The notes under the pieces are model-generated. The model was not told the origin of the DNA. It was given only the letters and a program-made list of their open reading frames with translations, and did not search any database. Positions 25,661 through 39,500 of a stretch of 64,000 bases of DNA are shown piece by piece. The number at the start of each line of letters is the position of its first letter. Positions within the stretch are counted from its first letter, which is position 1. Location: contig MU054391.1 of assembly GCA_013239625.1 (NCBI GenBank), positions 9,023,095-9,087,094 on the forward strand, written 5' to 3'. A program made the position numbers and the translations under genes. Source of the DNA: Lama guanicoe (lineage: Eukaryota).

Positions 25661-28600
25661 CTATTTCCCGCCAGCGCAGAGGGGCAAACACGCAGAGAAA
25701 GAAAGGCGCCCACTCCAAGCCTCTCTTTTCCTGCAGGGCAGGCGCGGTGGGGAGGAGGGTGGAGAGGAATTCATACATTTTCTTTCCTATCAATCAGATG
25801 ATTTTGCAGCAACATAAAAAGATGAGAAATAGTCACTGAGAACCAGTTCTGGATTACTGGATCGGTCTTCTCACTGCTGCCTCTCCTCCCCACTGCTACC
25901 AGGGTTATTTTTCTTAACACCAAGTCTAGCGGTCTACTTTGCTCAAAGATCGTGCTTAGCTACCCACTGCTAAGGAGTAAAGCATCAGTTATCTGCCCTG
26001 GAAAACAAGGCCAGTCACAAACTTGCCTCAAACTGCCTTTCGACCCAATTTAAGCTCAGGTTAAGTTGCATGCATCCAACGGAGTAGGTAGCTTTGAATA
26101 AGGAGGCAGAAAAGGGTCCATACTCTTAGGGTACTCTCCTGTATCCGAAGCCCCCAGGAAGCAGGTTAGCGATGCAAATACTCAGATGCTTCCCCAGAGA
26201 ACTGGCTGCAGCAGCCGTGGAAGGGGGCCCATACGTCTGCACTCGTCAAGGGCCTCAAGTGTGTCAGCGGCAGGTGTGTGTTGATCGCCTGGTGAGAAAT
26301 TCCGCTTCACATATTTAATAACGTGGTTGCCTGGCAAGTGCCTAGACTTCAAGCAAGTACCTATGAACTACTGAGTGGTTAATAGTAATCGTTTCCATAT
26401 TCAGATACTGGCATGTTATAAAGCCCTCTAACCTCCCTCACTGAAACATTCTAATGTCTTACAGCAGTAAAACATGACTTACTTTGCACATTTAAAACAC
26501 ACAAGAAGACAAATAGATTTTGCATTATTTTGATGAGGTGTCTAGTATTTAAATGCCTGAAAACTGGAAAGGCTGAGACACGAGAGCCAGCTGTACTGGG
26601 GATTCCAGGCGCATCAGTAGAACTGCTCTCATTAACGTCTTCATCCGGGTTTCTTTCTCAAGGACGGCTTCCGTGTCTCACTTTAGGAGGTGGTTCCGGG
26701 TTGCTCTGCCAAAGCACAGCTGTGATCACTTCTCTTAATTTTGCCATTACCGTTTTTTTCCCTTCTCTGCAAAGTCTCAAGACAAATAGATTCTCTTTGC
26801 ATGACTAATGCACCGTGTTCCCAGGTACGAAGGAGAAGTGTAAGTCTGCACAGCTGTAAAAGGAAACTTAACCAAGATCCACTTCCAAGGCTTTGCCTGC
26901 ATCAAAGGGCTTACAGCCCATTTGGGGAAAATCTTTCTTTCCTTTGGTTAATCTTTTGAAATTCTTTCCCCTCCACTTTCAGCATTTTAAATTCCACTTT
27001 ATCAAACCAAACACACACTTTTTGGTAATAAACCGGCAGTCAAAGTCTGGATTCTAGTTCTAGGTTTGCTACCAGCTGTTGCATGACTGTAGAGAAAACA
27101 TTTGTCCCACCTAAGACTCAGTTTTCATATCAGCAAAATGGGCCTGATGAGGAGAAGAATTAGATGGTTTCTAAAATTCTTTGGCTCTACATAGTGGAGA
27201 AGGGGGTGTGTGAAATGCTACATCGAAATCCAGACAGTGAAACATTCTGTTCTAATGAGGATGACCTTACTCCTAGAGATTTCACTGCTCTGACAGTAAT
27301 GGCAGCTGAGATATTTGCAGATGCAAGATTTTACGAGTTGAGGAAGAGGAGTGTGGTGGACTCTGAGCTATTTAAGTCTGTTGAAAGGCTTTTAAGAGTA
27401 GCCAATGCCCCTACTGTGCGGGAGTGGCGGGGCATACATGTTACTGTGTCCTTAGGTGTCCCTCCTCATTTCAGGAGAGAACATTGCAGCTCATCCCAGA
27501 GCTGGAAACTCTTAGCCTCAAGGGAAAATACAGTCATGAGTTGAAACACCCTGGAGTCAGTGGTCGCTGACCAAGGGTATGACTGACTGTGCTTCTGCTC
27601 TTAATGGCAGATTGGAAGACAATGTGCACATTTTATTTTAGCAGGCTCGACTAACGTAGGTAATTAAGATTCACTGCCTAATTAACTTCAAATGGCTGTA
27701 CGTAGAGGAGCACAATTTTGCTACCCTCTAAATATCAAGGTTTATCCATAGAGTAAAAACAAAATATCTAAATCGAAGCTCTGGTTATCTGTTCATGTCG
27801 TATCCTTAAAGATGCACCATCCCTTTGGTACATTCATGCTGCAGCCTCTGTCTCCAAAGGGCAGAGGAGAGGGTCCCAGAGGTCAAGTACTGCAGAGGTC
27901 TCACAGCTAGCTGGTGACAAAAGTAGGTCTCAAAGAAGACGCTCTCAGGGTGGGTTAGTGCCCTTTCAACTTATATTGAAATGATTCATTTTGATTAGGA
28001 GAAATTATTTCTATTCTACTATCCATGGTTTCTTGCACAGTCTGGGAAGAAGGGCAGTTTTGACCTTGGACAGTGATGGGATCGGGCTGAGAAGAAAGAA
28101 GGGAGATTATTTTTCAAATATACTCAAGAACCATGTATCTTTCACAAAATGCCAACAAGGTAAGCTAAACCCCAGCCCCATTCCTCGCAAAAAGATGACT
28201 TTAAAAGCATCCTTGAGAAATAAACTAAGTCAGAAAATGCATTGCCCAGGGTTTATCGGACTGAATAATTTGTGGCACAAGGGACAGTAAGCAATGCCCC
28301 CTCTGGGAGGCTGAGGGAGGCCTGGCCAGCCCCAGACTGAAGGTCCTGGGCCCGGGGCTGCAGGTGCAGAGCAGCTGCCCAGAGGGACCAGGAGGGCAAA
28401 GGGCCAAGGAGTCAAGTTCTATCTGGGTCCTAGGGGGGCCCAGCATCCAGCTGGAGGAGCTCACTTCAGCCATCAACTATGAGGCACCTGCTCCAGCCAA
28501 TAATAGGAGACAAAGTCCAGGTGCCAGAAGCCAGGAAAAGCCTGGGAAGAGTGAGAAATGGGGGGGAAAATCAAGTTTCTCATTGGGCCCAGGTCTGGAA

Positions 28601-31600
28601 TGCCCGTGGTTTATTTACAAACTCCTGGCCCTTGGGGTTTGCCACATGAATGAACAGATGGACGGACAGTGGCAGGTTATCTCTGGGAATAGTGTTGCCT
28701 TTTGTTCTTTTTTCACGAGACTATTACAAATCATGTCAGTATTGGCAGGAATGGGCATCACTGTGGAAGCCCTGGGGTGGCCTGCTCAGAAGAGTGATCA
28801 GTAGACTCATCCTCTTGAGAAAGATTATCTGACTGAACCCTTCGTGTTTTAGAGTTTTAGAGAGAAAAGCTCACCATCGGGCAGGGAAAGGAGGGGACAA
28901 CTGGGTTCCTGAAGTAACAAAGGTAACCATATTTGGAGAGGTAGCTGTGCTCGAAAACAAAGTTAACTGGCAGAGCTAAAAATGTCGTATTTTGCCCCGA
29001 GAGACCAGCGTATAGGAGCACTCGCGGTGGACCCGGCCTCTGAAATGGGTCAGCCTTCCAAGCCTCCCCTGCTGATAGCTCAAGGCTTGCGTTGGAGAGA
29101 TCTGCTCTCCACCCCTCTCCCACCATCCCGCGCCCCTAACATCCCATGCCCATAAGTGGCAGCATCACCACTAGCCTGCCTCAGCCCCAATCTTTGCCAA
29201 GAGAACCTGAAATCAAATGTCTTTGCCAATTTGGCTATTGCTTCTCCCCTCAGTACATCACTGGGGAGTGGGCAGCCCCAAACTGAAGACTCACTGCCAC
29301 AGAACGTGATGATGGCCTGGGTCTGCAGCTGCTGTGGGAGGGCAGTCGGACCAGGTACTGTGCCTGGGTGCAACTCACCAAGGTCACCTCCATCTCAGCC
29401 ATCAGCACCTCCTTTGCCAAGTAGAAATGACCTCCCCTCTCCTCCCACCCTCGCCTCCAAGACACAGTACAGTGAGGAGGGAGATATTTAGGGGATGACT
29501 GACTGACTGTCAGAGTTTTTAACTCATGACTGATGGGAGATGTGAGTGGGGATGGGGGAGGGACTGAGCATTTGTATCCTAGAGACAGAATGATCAAAGC
29601 ACACACACTGCATGGCCACGTAGGGGGCGTCCCTGTTGCAGAACGAACAAGTTAATTAATGGATGAATGGATTAATCAGGTTTATAGGAGATTTGCCCTG
29701 TTTTAAAGGCACTATCAGGACATACCGGTCCTGACTTTAACCATTCCTGTTTCTGCAAGAAGTGACTTTAGCGCCACTGGCTGCTGTCAACCCAGACCTG
29801 CTTCTGGAAAAGAGCACGAGCAAGAGCTGCTTTTGCTGACACAGATGTCATCACAACCAGAAGGACCTGTGCAGGCAACGTGGTTTTTGAAAGAGATCTG
29901 AGTCCGACTTCAGTAGCAGTGGGAGATGGAATACAGTCCGTCCTCCTCTGTGCCCATGGATGTTGAACTACGCCATTTCATATACGGGACTTGAGCATCC
30001 CTGGAGTTTGTTATCCTCGTGGGTTCCTGAAACCAATTCCCCTCGGATACGGAAGGATGACTATAGTCAGGAGACGCAGACAGAACACGTCACCTAATCA
30101 CAGAGGCACAAGAAAAGGCCTCAGGCTTTGGAAACAAGGCATGGAAGCTACAGGCAGGGGCCTTTTAGGCAGAGGAATTTTAAACGGTGCTCCTAATCTC
30201 TAATGAAAGATAAACGCTGAAAGCTCCAAGATCCTGTTTAAAAATGCCCTTCAGGAGTGGGGCAAATATCTAACTCAAAACCCTGGAAATATCTGGGGAT
30301 GTCAGATTCTAGTACTTTGCCTGAAAACCAGGTAATGAGGGATCAGATCTTTGGGGAAGATGTGATGAAGTCTCTGAACTCCAGGCTCCCCGGGAGCCAT
30401 ACTCCAGTGGCGGTCTTCTCCCTCATCCTAGGTGAGCCCACCAGAGGCTGCCTTTGGAAGTCTGAGGAAGGGGAAGCACTGGGTAGCAGGGATCCATCCC
30501 TACACCCTGTCTGCAATCCTCACCAGCTTCTCTAGCAAAGCTCTCTGCTTGCCTTGCCCGAGGGAGAAGACATTTCCACTCTCAAGCTCTACAGACTTGC
30601 TTCCTTGCTGATGCAGGGAGTCCTACTCCCCTGCTTCCCACCTCTGCTGGACAGACACAGTGACTATTACACTTTAATTTCATTTCTTGTAACAGGAGAA
30701 AGATTATTGCCAGTAACATATCTCTAAGTATTTTATAACAAACACAAGCCAAGCTTTGTACAAATGGATAAGGGGTGATGGTGATCATGGTTATAAAGAT
30801 GAATGTTATGCAGCAAAGGACAATAAAAACCTAAACTTTAATGACAAGAATAATTAGGTAAACCATGGCTTATCATATGATCAAGGACTAGATGGCCATT
30901 AAAAGTCATTTTATGATGAACTTTTTATGATAAACTGTTGATGGACTATTACTATGTGAAAAATCATACATTGCATGCCTGCAGATAAACTGGATGGATG
31001 GATGGATGGAGACAGAGACAGCAAGAAGGAGGGGGGAGGAAGAAAATGACTGCAGTATAAAAACAGGATTTACCTCAGGGTGGGTACCATGGATGAGTTT
31101 TATTTTCTCTTTTATTTTTATTCCTTTTGTTCTGCGCTGCCTTGTTCTAAAAAGCAATTTAAAGTTGTTTACAGCATACATACAAGATAAAATTAAATTT
31201 GAGAAAATATAAGCAGGTGAGGAATACATAGAAGAAAGAGAAGATGCAGGCAGCAGGGTGGCCGGTATGCGGAATGACTCCTGTGAGGCTCTGCGTGGTA
31301 GATAGAAGTCGGCCACATGTTCACCCCTCAGCTTTCTAGCCACGAGCACAGAGAGGGAGACACAGCAGACGATATGACTTATGAGGACAAAATGATGCAC
31401 TGGCAGGAAAGTAAAGGAAAATGATTCCATTTAAGAAAACAGGAAAGGAAGTTCTCCCGTGCTCTCTGCTCAACGTGATACCATGGAAGGTGGTGAATGG
31501 TGGGGCAACATTTGTCGCCCTCTGTGACCCAGTGAGTCACCTTTAGGGGATCCAAGCAGCCTCTGTGTAAGCAGAGGACAAGGGACCAAAGCAAGCGTGG

Positions 31601-31965
31601 CACGGCCATGGAGGGAGGGTTACTAAATCCCACACACCGTCCCATCCCTTCCCACCCACCCGCACACAGCCCTGCAGGTGTCATCACCACTCCTTACAGA
31701 CCTGGAAACCACTCAGAGAAGAGCTCAAACTCCACGAGCCAGGAAATGGCGGGGCCAGAATGCTGACTCTCCCCGCCGACCTGCTTCGCCATCATGCTCT
31801 AATGCTTTTCAACCCAGGAAGAAAAAAAAAAAGCCATGGTCCAGACAGGGCAATGGCATGATGCTGAAATGTAAGTCAGTGAAAAATGCCCTAGAGAAGA
31901 TCATTTTTCTCTTGAGGGCTTTTAGTATTTCCAAGCTCTGGCCAATGACTATATTCACTTTTAAA

Positions 31966-32220
31966 AATACATATATAGGTTTTTGTTTAAATATAGTCAG
32001 TTTACAATGTTGTGTCAATTTCTGGTGTACAGCACAATACTTCAGTCACATAGGAACATACATATATTTGTTTTCATATGTTTTTTCACCGTTACTACAA
32101 GGTATTGAGTATCATTCCCTGTGCTGTACAGTATAAACTTGTTTATCTGTTTTATGTATATATTAGTTAGTATCTGCAAATCTCAAACTCCCAATTTATC
32201 CCTTCCCACTCTCTTCTCCC
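31966..32220 (-). mobile_element. 5'-truncated L1 3' end with a degenerate 17-bp TSD
   Basis: Reverse complement of the L1 3' UTR seen at 17320-17540. Flanks are ctatattcacttttaaa (31949-31965) and ctatgtttacttttaaa (32221-32237), matching 15/17. Confidence 0.9.
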
Positions 32221-32759
32221 CTATGTTTACTTTTAAACTGTCCACCCTCTTGGATCCCTGCACCTGCCTGACTTGCCCTGCTTCCAGTTGATTTTAAGGG
32301 TCCTTGAGGCATCTGTTTCCCGCTCCCTGATAAGGGACCTGCCTCAGGATGCAGAGAATCCCCTCGCTTTGTAAGTAAGAAAGCTCTTCCTTACCCTGGA
32401 GCTTCTACAGTTCAGACATAAAGCCCATCAATGAACGATAGGGTGAAGCCCCATAATGAACTTAAATCCCCTGTGAACACGACACCGAGCTGGTCCTACA
32501 CAGCCCTTCTCTGCCTCACGCACCGCATCGACCCTCGCCGCATCTCCTTGAGCGCATCTTCTATGAGACCCAATCGGGGGAGGAGGCGTCGAGTCCCAGG
32601 AATTCAAAATGAGATTAAACTCACTGAAACAACATTGACTAGAACTGGTGATGCTGATTGGAAAGAAGTAGCCTCATACATTCACACTGGGGGTATGAAA
32701 AAGGATCGCCTTCATCCTTGAGGACCGCTGATAGAGCCTGCCAACAGCGTTCACAGTGC

Positions 32760-33260
32760 ACAGAGCCTTGGACCCAGAAATTCCACTCGAGTAGATTATT
32801 CTAAGACAAGTATAAATGAAGGCACCATTTAGCTGGGATGTTTCCTAGCACTGTTAGAACAGGGCAAACCTGGAAACCACATGCCTCGAAATAAGAATTT
32901 GTTTAAATAAATGAGGATCTATCTTTATAAAGAAATAGTACACATCCACAGAAAAGCTATGTTGTGGAACAAACTCTATTGACTTTAAAATTATTTTTGT
33001 TTCTGATGTTTTTAAAATGAGAAAACTGAGTAACAAAGCAATTTGTGCAACATAATCTCATTTCTTAAATAAATATTGTAATATGCGTGTGTGTAAGAAA
33101 AAAATCTAGAAGGATATAAGGATATACTCTAAAATATTCAGAGCAGTTATTTCCAGAGTTATTACCAGTAGCTTTTAATTTCTTCTTTTTGCATCTATGT
33201 GGTTTTTTTTTAATTAAACCATGGTGAAGATGTATTACTCTGTGAAAAATAAAGAGGAAT
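32760..33260 (+). mobile_element. Ancient L1ME-like 3' fragment
   Basis: gacccagaaattccact...ggatgtttcctagcactgtt...ctggaaaccacatgcct...ttgtttaaataaatg resembles a degenerate L1 ORF2 end and 3' UTR. Confidence 0.55.
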
Positions 33261-36244
33261 TTAAAAACAAAACAGACACAACATACCAAGGCCTTGGTTT
33301 TGCATTTCTGTTTATATGGGAGAAAAGAAGTCATAGATATGGATTTAAAAGCCAGGTGAGTCCATTTTTCTGCATTTGTCTGCTGTATTGCTATGGGTGG
33401 AGTTAAAAAACCCTTCACATCAAGAGGGGGTTAATGGAAGACAGCCTTGTAAGGACAGAGCTGTCTCTTGAGGAAGCCCATCCAGGTCTGTCAATAAAAG
33501 TAACCCAAAGCCTTCTTTCTGACGCTTCCAAGTTCAAACCCATCTTTACAATACGGGTAAGAAACATCCTTTCACCCAAACCTTCCCCATCTTTGATTTC
33601 ACAAGCCCGCCCCTACCCCAGTGGACCGAGCTGGGGTTTGTTGCAGCTCTCAGGCAAGCAGAAAGCGCTTGGTAATCAGAGATAATTCTGCTCCCCTGTG
33701 AATAAACGCAGCTTAGACATGTCTATCGCTAAAAGACCTCAAAGGAGTAGAAGATGTAAATGGGTCTGATTTTAGTTCTAAACTGTTTTTAAAATGCGTT
33801 CCCGCATATTTAAGAGCAGAGTGAGGGACTGTACACCAGCATTTCTTTTTCTTGAAAGCTGCTGCCACGTGTTACTGAACAGCAAGACAGGTTCCTGGAC
33901 TTCCATTTAACTAGCACCCAAGAAAGTGAATGTTTTCCTTCACCCCTTTCCTTTTCCCTTAATTTGGAAAACTATTTATCCCCTAACAAAAACCGACAGT
34001 GTTTCTACTAGAAAATGCAAATAAGAGCACATTCTACTGCAGCGACTTTCCAGTTGTAACTTTTAGAAGCTCCCTGGCCTCGTTTTAGCCAGACAAACTA
34101 CCAAGCAAATTCTGAGCTTCTAGGTAAAAACATATATCAAGGAGTTTCAAGGCTTTGAAATGTTAGGAGGCTTCTGCCCAAAGGGCAGTAGGGATACAGG
34201 TCCCCTTGTGATGTCGCCTTAGCATTTTCTCTCCATATTTCCCTGCTTACTTGGATGATTTGTATCTCCAATGTACACCTTGCCTTTCCATGCCTCAGTG
34301 CCTTTTCACATTCTGCCCTCTCTAGTGGAACCACCTTCCTACCCTTGACTGCCTACGAGTTGCTGGCAGGTGTGCTCAGACATCCCACACTGTGTGAAGC
34401 ACTCAATGAACAAGGTCCTTTCCATCTTTCCCAGCAAGGTCAACCCCTCCATTGTCTAGGCGACTCCACTGTCCAGGCGACTTACAGAGAATCCATTATT
34501 ACATGCGTCACACTCAGCTAGAATCATGTTACATGAACATCTTGTCTACCAGAAAGTAAGATTTTTGAGAGCGATGTCCAGGCTGCATTGTTCTTTGGTC
34601 CCAGAATTAGCATGGTGCTCTTCTCAATAAGTAAGGACTCATGAAACTTGGTTGACCTAGATCAAAAGGCTACATCATCAGAGACAGTGAAGGAAAAGGG
34701 ACAAGGAAAGTGGCGGGGGGCGGGGGCAGAAAAAATGGAGAAAGTGGAAGATGCAGGGGAGGAGGAAGAGGGAGAAGACAGTATGCAGTGAAACACTCAA
34801 GAGTGTGATGGTTTTAGAATCTTAAGTTCTGAATTTTGTGTGGCCACAATTTTCTTATCCTATGATATCTGTTGTTTAATTGATGCCAAAAGTAGATGAA
34901 CAAGTACAGCATTAAATATAAAACTCTGTGTTTGCAGAAGGGAAGTGCAGTGTTGGGGAGACTGTAGGCTGATACTGGGGCAGCAAGACACTCTTAGAAG
35001 TAAGGCACTAAGCGTGTTCTAACAACCTATGCTTGAGAAATGGTACCAGACATCTAAATATCTAAGTATCTTTCACAGATCTTTGTCCACTTTGCCTTTA
35101 AAACAACATTTCTCTAAGCCTGTTCCATGCAATGGGTAGTGGGGGAGAAAGAGGTCAAATCATTCCTGGCTCACAAACATTTAGGAAATATCAAGTTAAA
35201 TAAAAAATTGTTTTTTTCTGTAATACTACCCAGGTCTTTAAAATACATTTTGTTATGTATTTTGAATCCCTAAGAGTATTCAGAATTTTCCAAACTTAGC
35301 GGACCATGGATTTCCCATTTTGATAGTGCAGTCCCGTGGGACCAGTGTTCCTTGAAACATCTTAGAAAGTGAAGTCCTACGTAGTAAGTAGGGTGGATAT
35401 CATTCCTCGCCATTTAGAAAGGGCACTGATTCTAAAGAAATAAAGTGAATTTCTTGAGAGCATACGGTGAGTGAGAGTGGGGATTTCCAGCCAAGGACCA
35501 GAGACGTTGGTTCACTGTGATGCCTGATCACTTTGAATATAATGCAAGTTAGACCTTGGGAGTGTTTATTTTGGCGTGAATCAGATTTCACACTTTGGGA
35601 TTCAGTGTGGAACTTTCAGACCCCCAAGGCTTTGTCTGTGGAGTCCCACATGCATGGGTGGTCCTGAAACAGGCCTAGTACAGTGGCAGCTTAGAGCCAA
35701 GCCCTCAGGCTTGGTAATTAAGGTAGACGGGAACTAAGCATAGATGGAGAAGCTGAAACAAAGAGCCGCTTCTAAAATGTGCATTTTGATAGATTCTAAT
35801 GGAAATAAGCAGTAATTTCCTAGTACCTAGCTACTGACATAAATGCTATTACTAGGTCCACGATAATCAAAATAGACCTGAAAGAAGACAGATATTCATA
35901 CCACAATTTAAATTAACTCTTGTCCATCAGTATCACTGGAAATGAAATTTTCTGGTCACAGTCTTCCTCTTATAACAATAATCTCATAAAACAGAAATTA
36001 TTAGAAGTATAATCTTTTTAGCGTTATGCTAAAACCACTATAGATTTTCACCGCCAAATCACTCGAGACTTATATAATCCATCTTCCAAGTTCAAAGACA
36101 CGTCCTAAGCATGATCATTGTCAGAAACACTGTTTCACGAAAAACACCAGAGCAGGGATCAAGAGGCTGGCTCTGTTGTCAACAAGCTGTACGACCTTAA
36201 GCAAGTCACTTGCTCCCCGTAAATTTGCTGTTCTAATCCTGGGC

Positions 36245-36551
36245 CAGCTCAACAGTAGCCACGAGTCTCAGGTGGCAACTGAGCACCTGCAATGCAGCTA
36301 GTCCACATTGAAGTCTGCAAAATACATACTGAATTTCAGATATTTAAGATGAGGAAAAGAATGCAAATACCCCATTAATAAATGTGATATTGAATACACA
36401 TTGAAATGATACTATTCCAGAGGTATTGGGTTGGTTAAAATATATTACTAATCTCAGTTATGTCTTTTTCCTTTAACAGTTTTGAATGTGGCTACTGGAA
36501 AATTTTAAATGAACATATGTGTCTCCCTTTATACTTCTATGGACAACATTG
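36245..36551. mobile_element. MER33/MER3-like hAT-Charlie DNA transposon
   Basis: gtagccac...gtggcaactgagcacctgcaatgcagctagt...gaatgtggctactggaaaattttaaat...ttctatggacaacattg. Confidence 0.7.
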
Positions 36552-39500
36552 GTCAGATCTGTTAAATGGGGTCATGGTTTCAGATTACATCAAGGTTACC
36601 TTCCAGCCCTGAACTTCTAAGATGGACCCTTTGGTAGAGAACAGAGCCTGGGAAGACATGAGGCATCAACATTGACTGAAAGAGCCAGCGAGACACTGTT
36701 CCAGAGGAAACTCTGAAAATGAAAAATCCCACTGGAAACACTGGGGGTGGGGGTGGGGGGGAATGGGGAGGGGGGCACTGTGGGGCGGGCGGAGAGGACT
36801 CAAAGCTTCTGCCATGATGTTGTTGAGGGTGGATGTCGATAGATTCGACGTGTTTTATTTCCCTTGTTTTGTGCCTTATTTCCTCAGACAGGTAAGCACT
36901 GACTGGAAGTTATTAAAAAGGGCATTTCAACCTTAGGGGAGCAAGAGGGGATAAGGGGTTAAGGAAGAGGAAACAGAGCAAGAATGCCTGGCTCAGTGAC
37001 TTGCACCCAGTCCTTCAGTCCCCCATCCATCCTCCGTAAGCCTCATTCTAAGCCCCTTGAGCAGACTGTCAACAGAAGGCTTCACGGAACAAAGAGGCAC
37101 TGAAAGGAGTCACTGTGAAAATAATAGCTTGGTGAGGAGCGCGCCAAGTCAGAAGGAAAGTGGCCTTCCCATGACCTTTTCCTCTGGGGGAAGAAAGAAA
37201 GGAACCCAGAGCCAGTTCATCAAACTCTGAGAGCAAAAAGGACCAGCGAGAAGCGATTTTGCATTCTTTGATTCCCACATAATTGGAGAAAAAGGCCTTT
37301 GGAAGCCTGACTTATCATTTCCGAGGCGTCTGAAGGGAAGATGGGAAATTTCAGGCTGGCATCCTTGATGAGCGTTCCAGAGAGATGTCCTCGCGTGTGA
37401 ACCTGCGAGGGGAAAACAGAATAAGCCCCCATAGGATTCTTTTTAAGATTCTTTTAAAGAATACTCACACCAGAAAAAATATAATAACATTAGAGCTCAT
37501 TTGCTGGTGTTTCTCCCAAGGAATAGGACCCAGGAGCATTTGGGTTGAAACAGTTCTTCGGTATGTGGAAAGCTTAACATACCTAAGTGTCAGCTCTCCA
37601 GCTGCCTTTGACATCCCTCAGTTACTGTGACAGCCAGAAACTCCTCTGTCATTTCCCAAAACTCCTAAGAATGTCGATTTGCATCCTCTCTGCTTTTTCT
37701 TGAGCACCAGTGGGGCTACAACATCCTTACCCCTACCCGCAAATCCCTCTCCATTTTTACAGATAAGATTAAGTCAGGCCCAGAGGAGAAATGTGACTCT
37801 GGATGGTCTTTGAGTTGCTTGGCGGTAAAGCTTGGCTACAACCCAAGACTCATAAGTCTTAATCCACTGCATATTGTCTTGAACTTCTTGCGAAAGGCAG
37901 CATGGGATTATAATACATCACAGAGTCGCTGTATTGATTATCTAGACTGCACTGCCTTGCCTCCAGACCATTGAAAAGAAGCTCCCAACAATCTCTTTGA
38001 TGGATAAACATCTGTGGGTCTATCCGTCACAGATGATGGAGATCAAATTTTTTTTTCTCATGTTCAAAAGCCACTTAAAATTTTCCGGGAAAATAAAAAG
38101 CATAATATGATATTCAAAGTAAATGACAGTGTTTAAGCATTGAAATATGTATTATTCAGCATCTGTTTCATCTAACCAGTTAATCACTGCATCAACTTAA
38201 CCTTGAAGTCCAAATCAACTTTGGCTTAACTTTGAATGAGTGAAGTATTGTTCAGTTTTGACTCCCAGTTAGAATAGCCCCAGAAAGTTTCTATAGGGGG
38301 ATCCTGCCCTGACGCAGCAGAATAAAAGACAATAATGAAGATTTTCTGTATTAGGAGGGCACTACTATAGTTTTGCTGAGTTAGAGAGGTTCTAGATAAT
38401 GGATACACCTGGGGCAGGGAAGGAACATCAAAGTCAGTGATATGGAATTTTTAAAGAGTAAGTTTGGTTATGCGAATTGATTTATTAAAGAAAAAAAAGT
38501 GTGAATCTCAAAAAGAAATCTCATCTTGTAAAGGGAGTCAAAGAAAAACTTCTTCAGCTATCATGAAATCTAATGCCTTCATTTGGGGGAGAGGCACATG
38601 GAGGCCCAGACTAGGAAGGTGAAATTTCCCTTCCTCACCAAATGATGCCAACCATCTGGAGCCAAGTTGAGCAGTATTATGGTTAAGCAATGGGTCTTAC
38701 AGAAATCAGAAAAATCAGATTGTTTTCCCCTAAGAAGAATTTAGTAGCTTCATTTTTTTCCCTTTTGTTTCTTTTGGATGTTTTTAAACCACTGGTGAAA
38801 CAGGTGGTATTTGGGGTCCAGCCTTTTTTTTTTTTCCTTAAAAAATGGAGCAAGGAAGAAATTTAAATCTCTTTCTAGATGTAGAGATTAATAAGAGCTC
38901 TGCCCCTGGGGTCCAACAGGTTGTTCTATACTATATAAAAAATTGTATATGTCAATTGTTAATTTATAAATATCCAGTTAGCTGCATGGTAACTGGCTGT
39001 GAAGTCTTGACACCCCACCCAGAGTTATTTATTTTTCGGTTGGCTGGTTGGTTCTACCCAACACAGGCTAATACTATTTTGTTAGATCTCCACATCCAGT
39101 AAAGTTGCAAATACAAATTTTGAAGACTTTTGCTTTTGAGAAAAAGAGCAGTCTTCAAGACACTGCAATCATTCTACCAAAAGCAATCAGAAAAGCAAGA
39201 TAAATTAAAACAAACACGTTTTCCCTCCAAAGAATCAGAGAAGCAATGAGGAATGAGATTAGGGCTGTACAGCTCTGGAGAAGGAAGTCCCTTGCAGAGG
39301 AGCACCGAGGACTTTCTGTTCTCCTGGAAGATGTTTGCTGATCATGCGTGAAAGTCGAAGGCTGAGAACCTGGCTGGATTCAGGCAGAGGGACTGTCCTG
39401 GGACCCGGAAACCAGAAGAGCTCATGTCAGCGCAAAAAAACTGCTTTTGTTTAAGGGCCCAAACTGGCCCCCATCTCTGTGGAAAGGCAGTGAGACTCAT

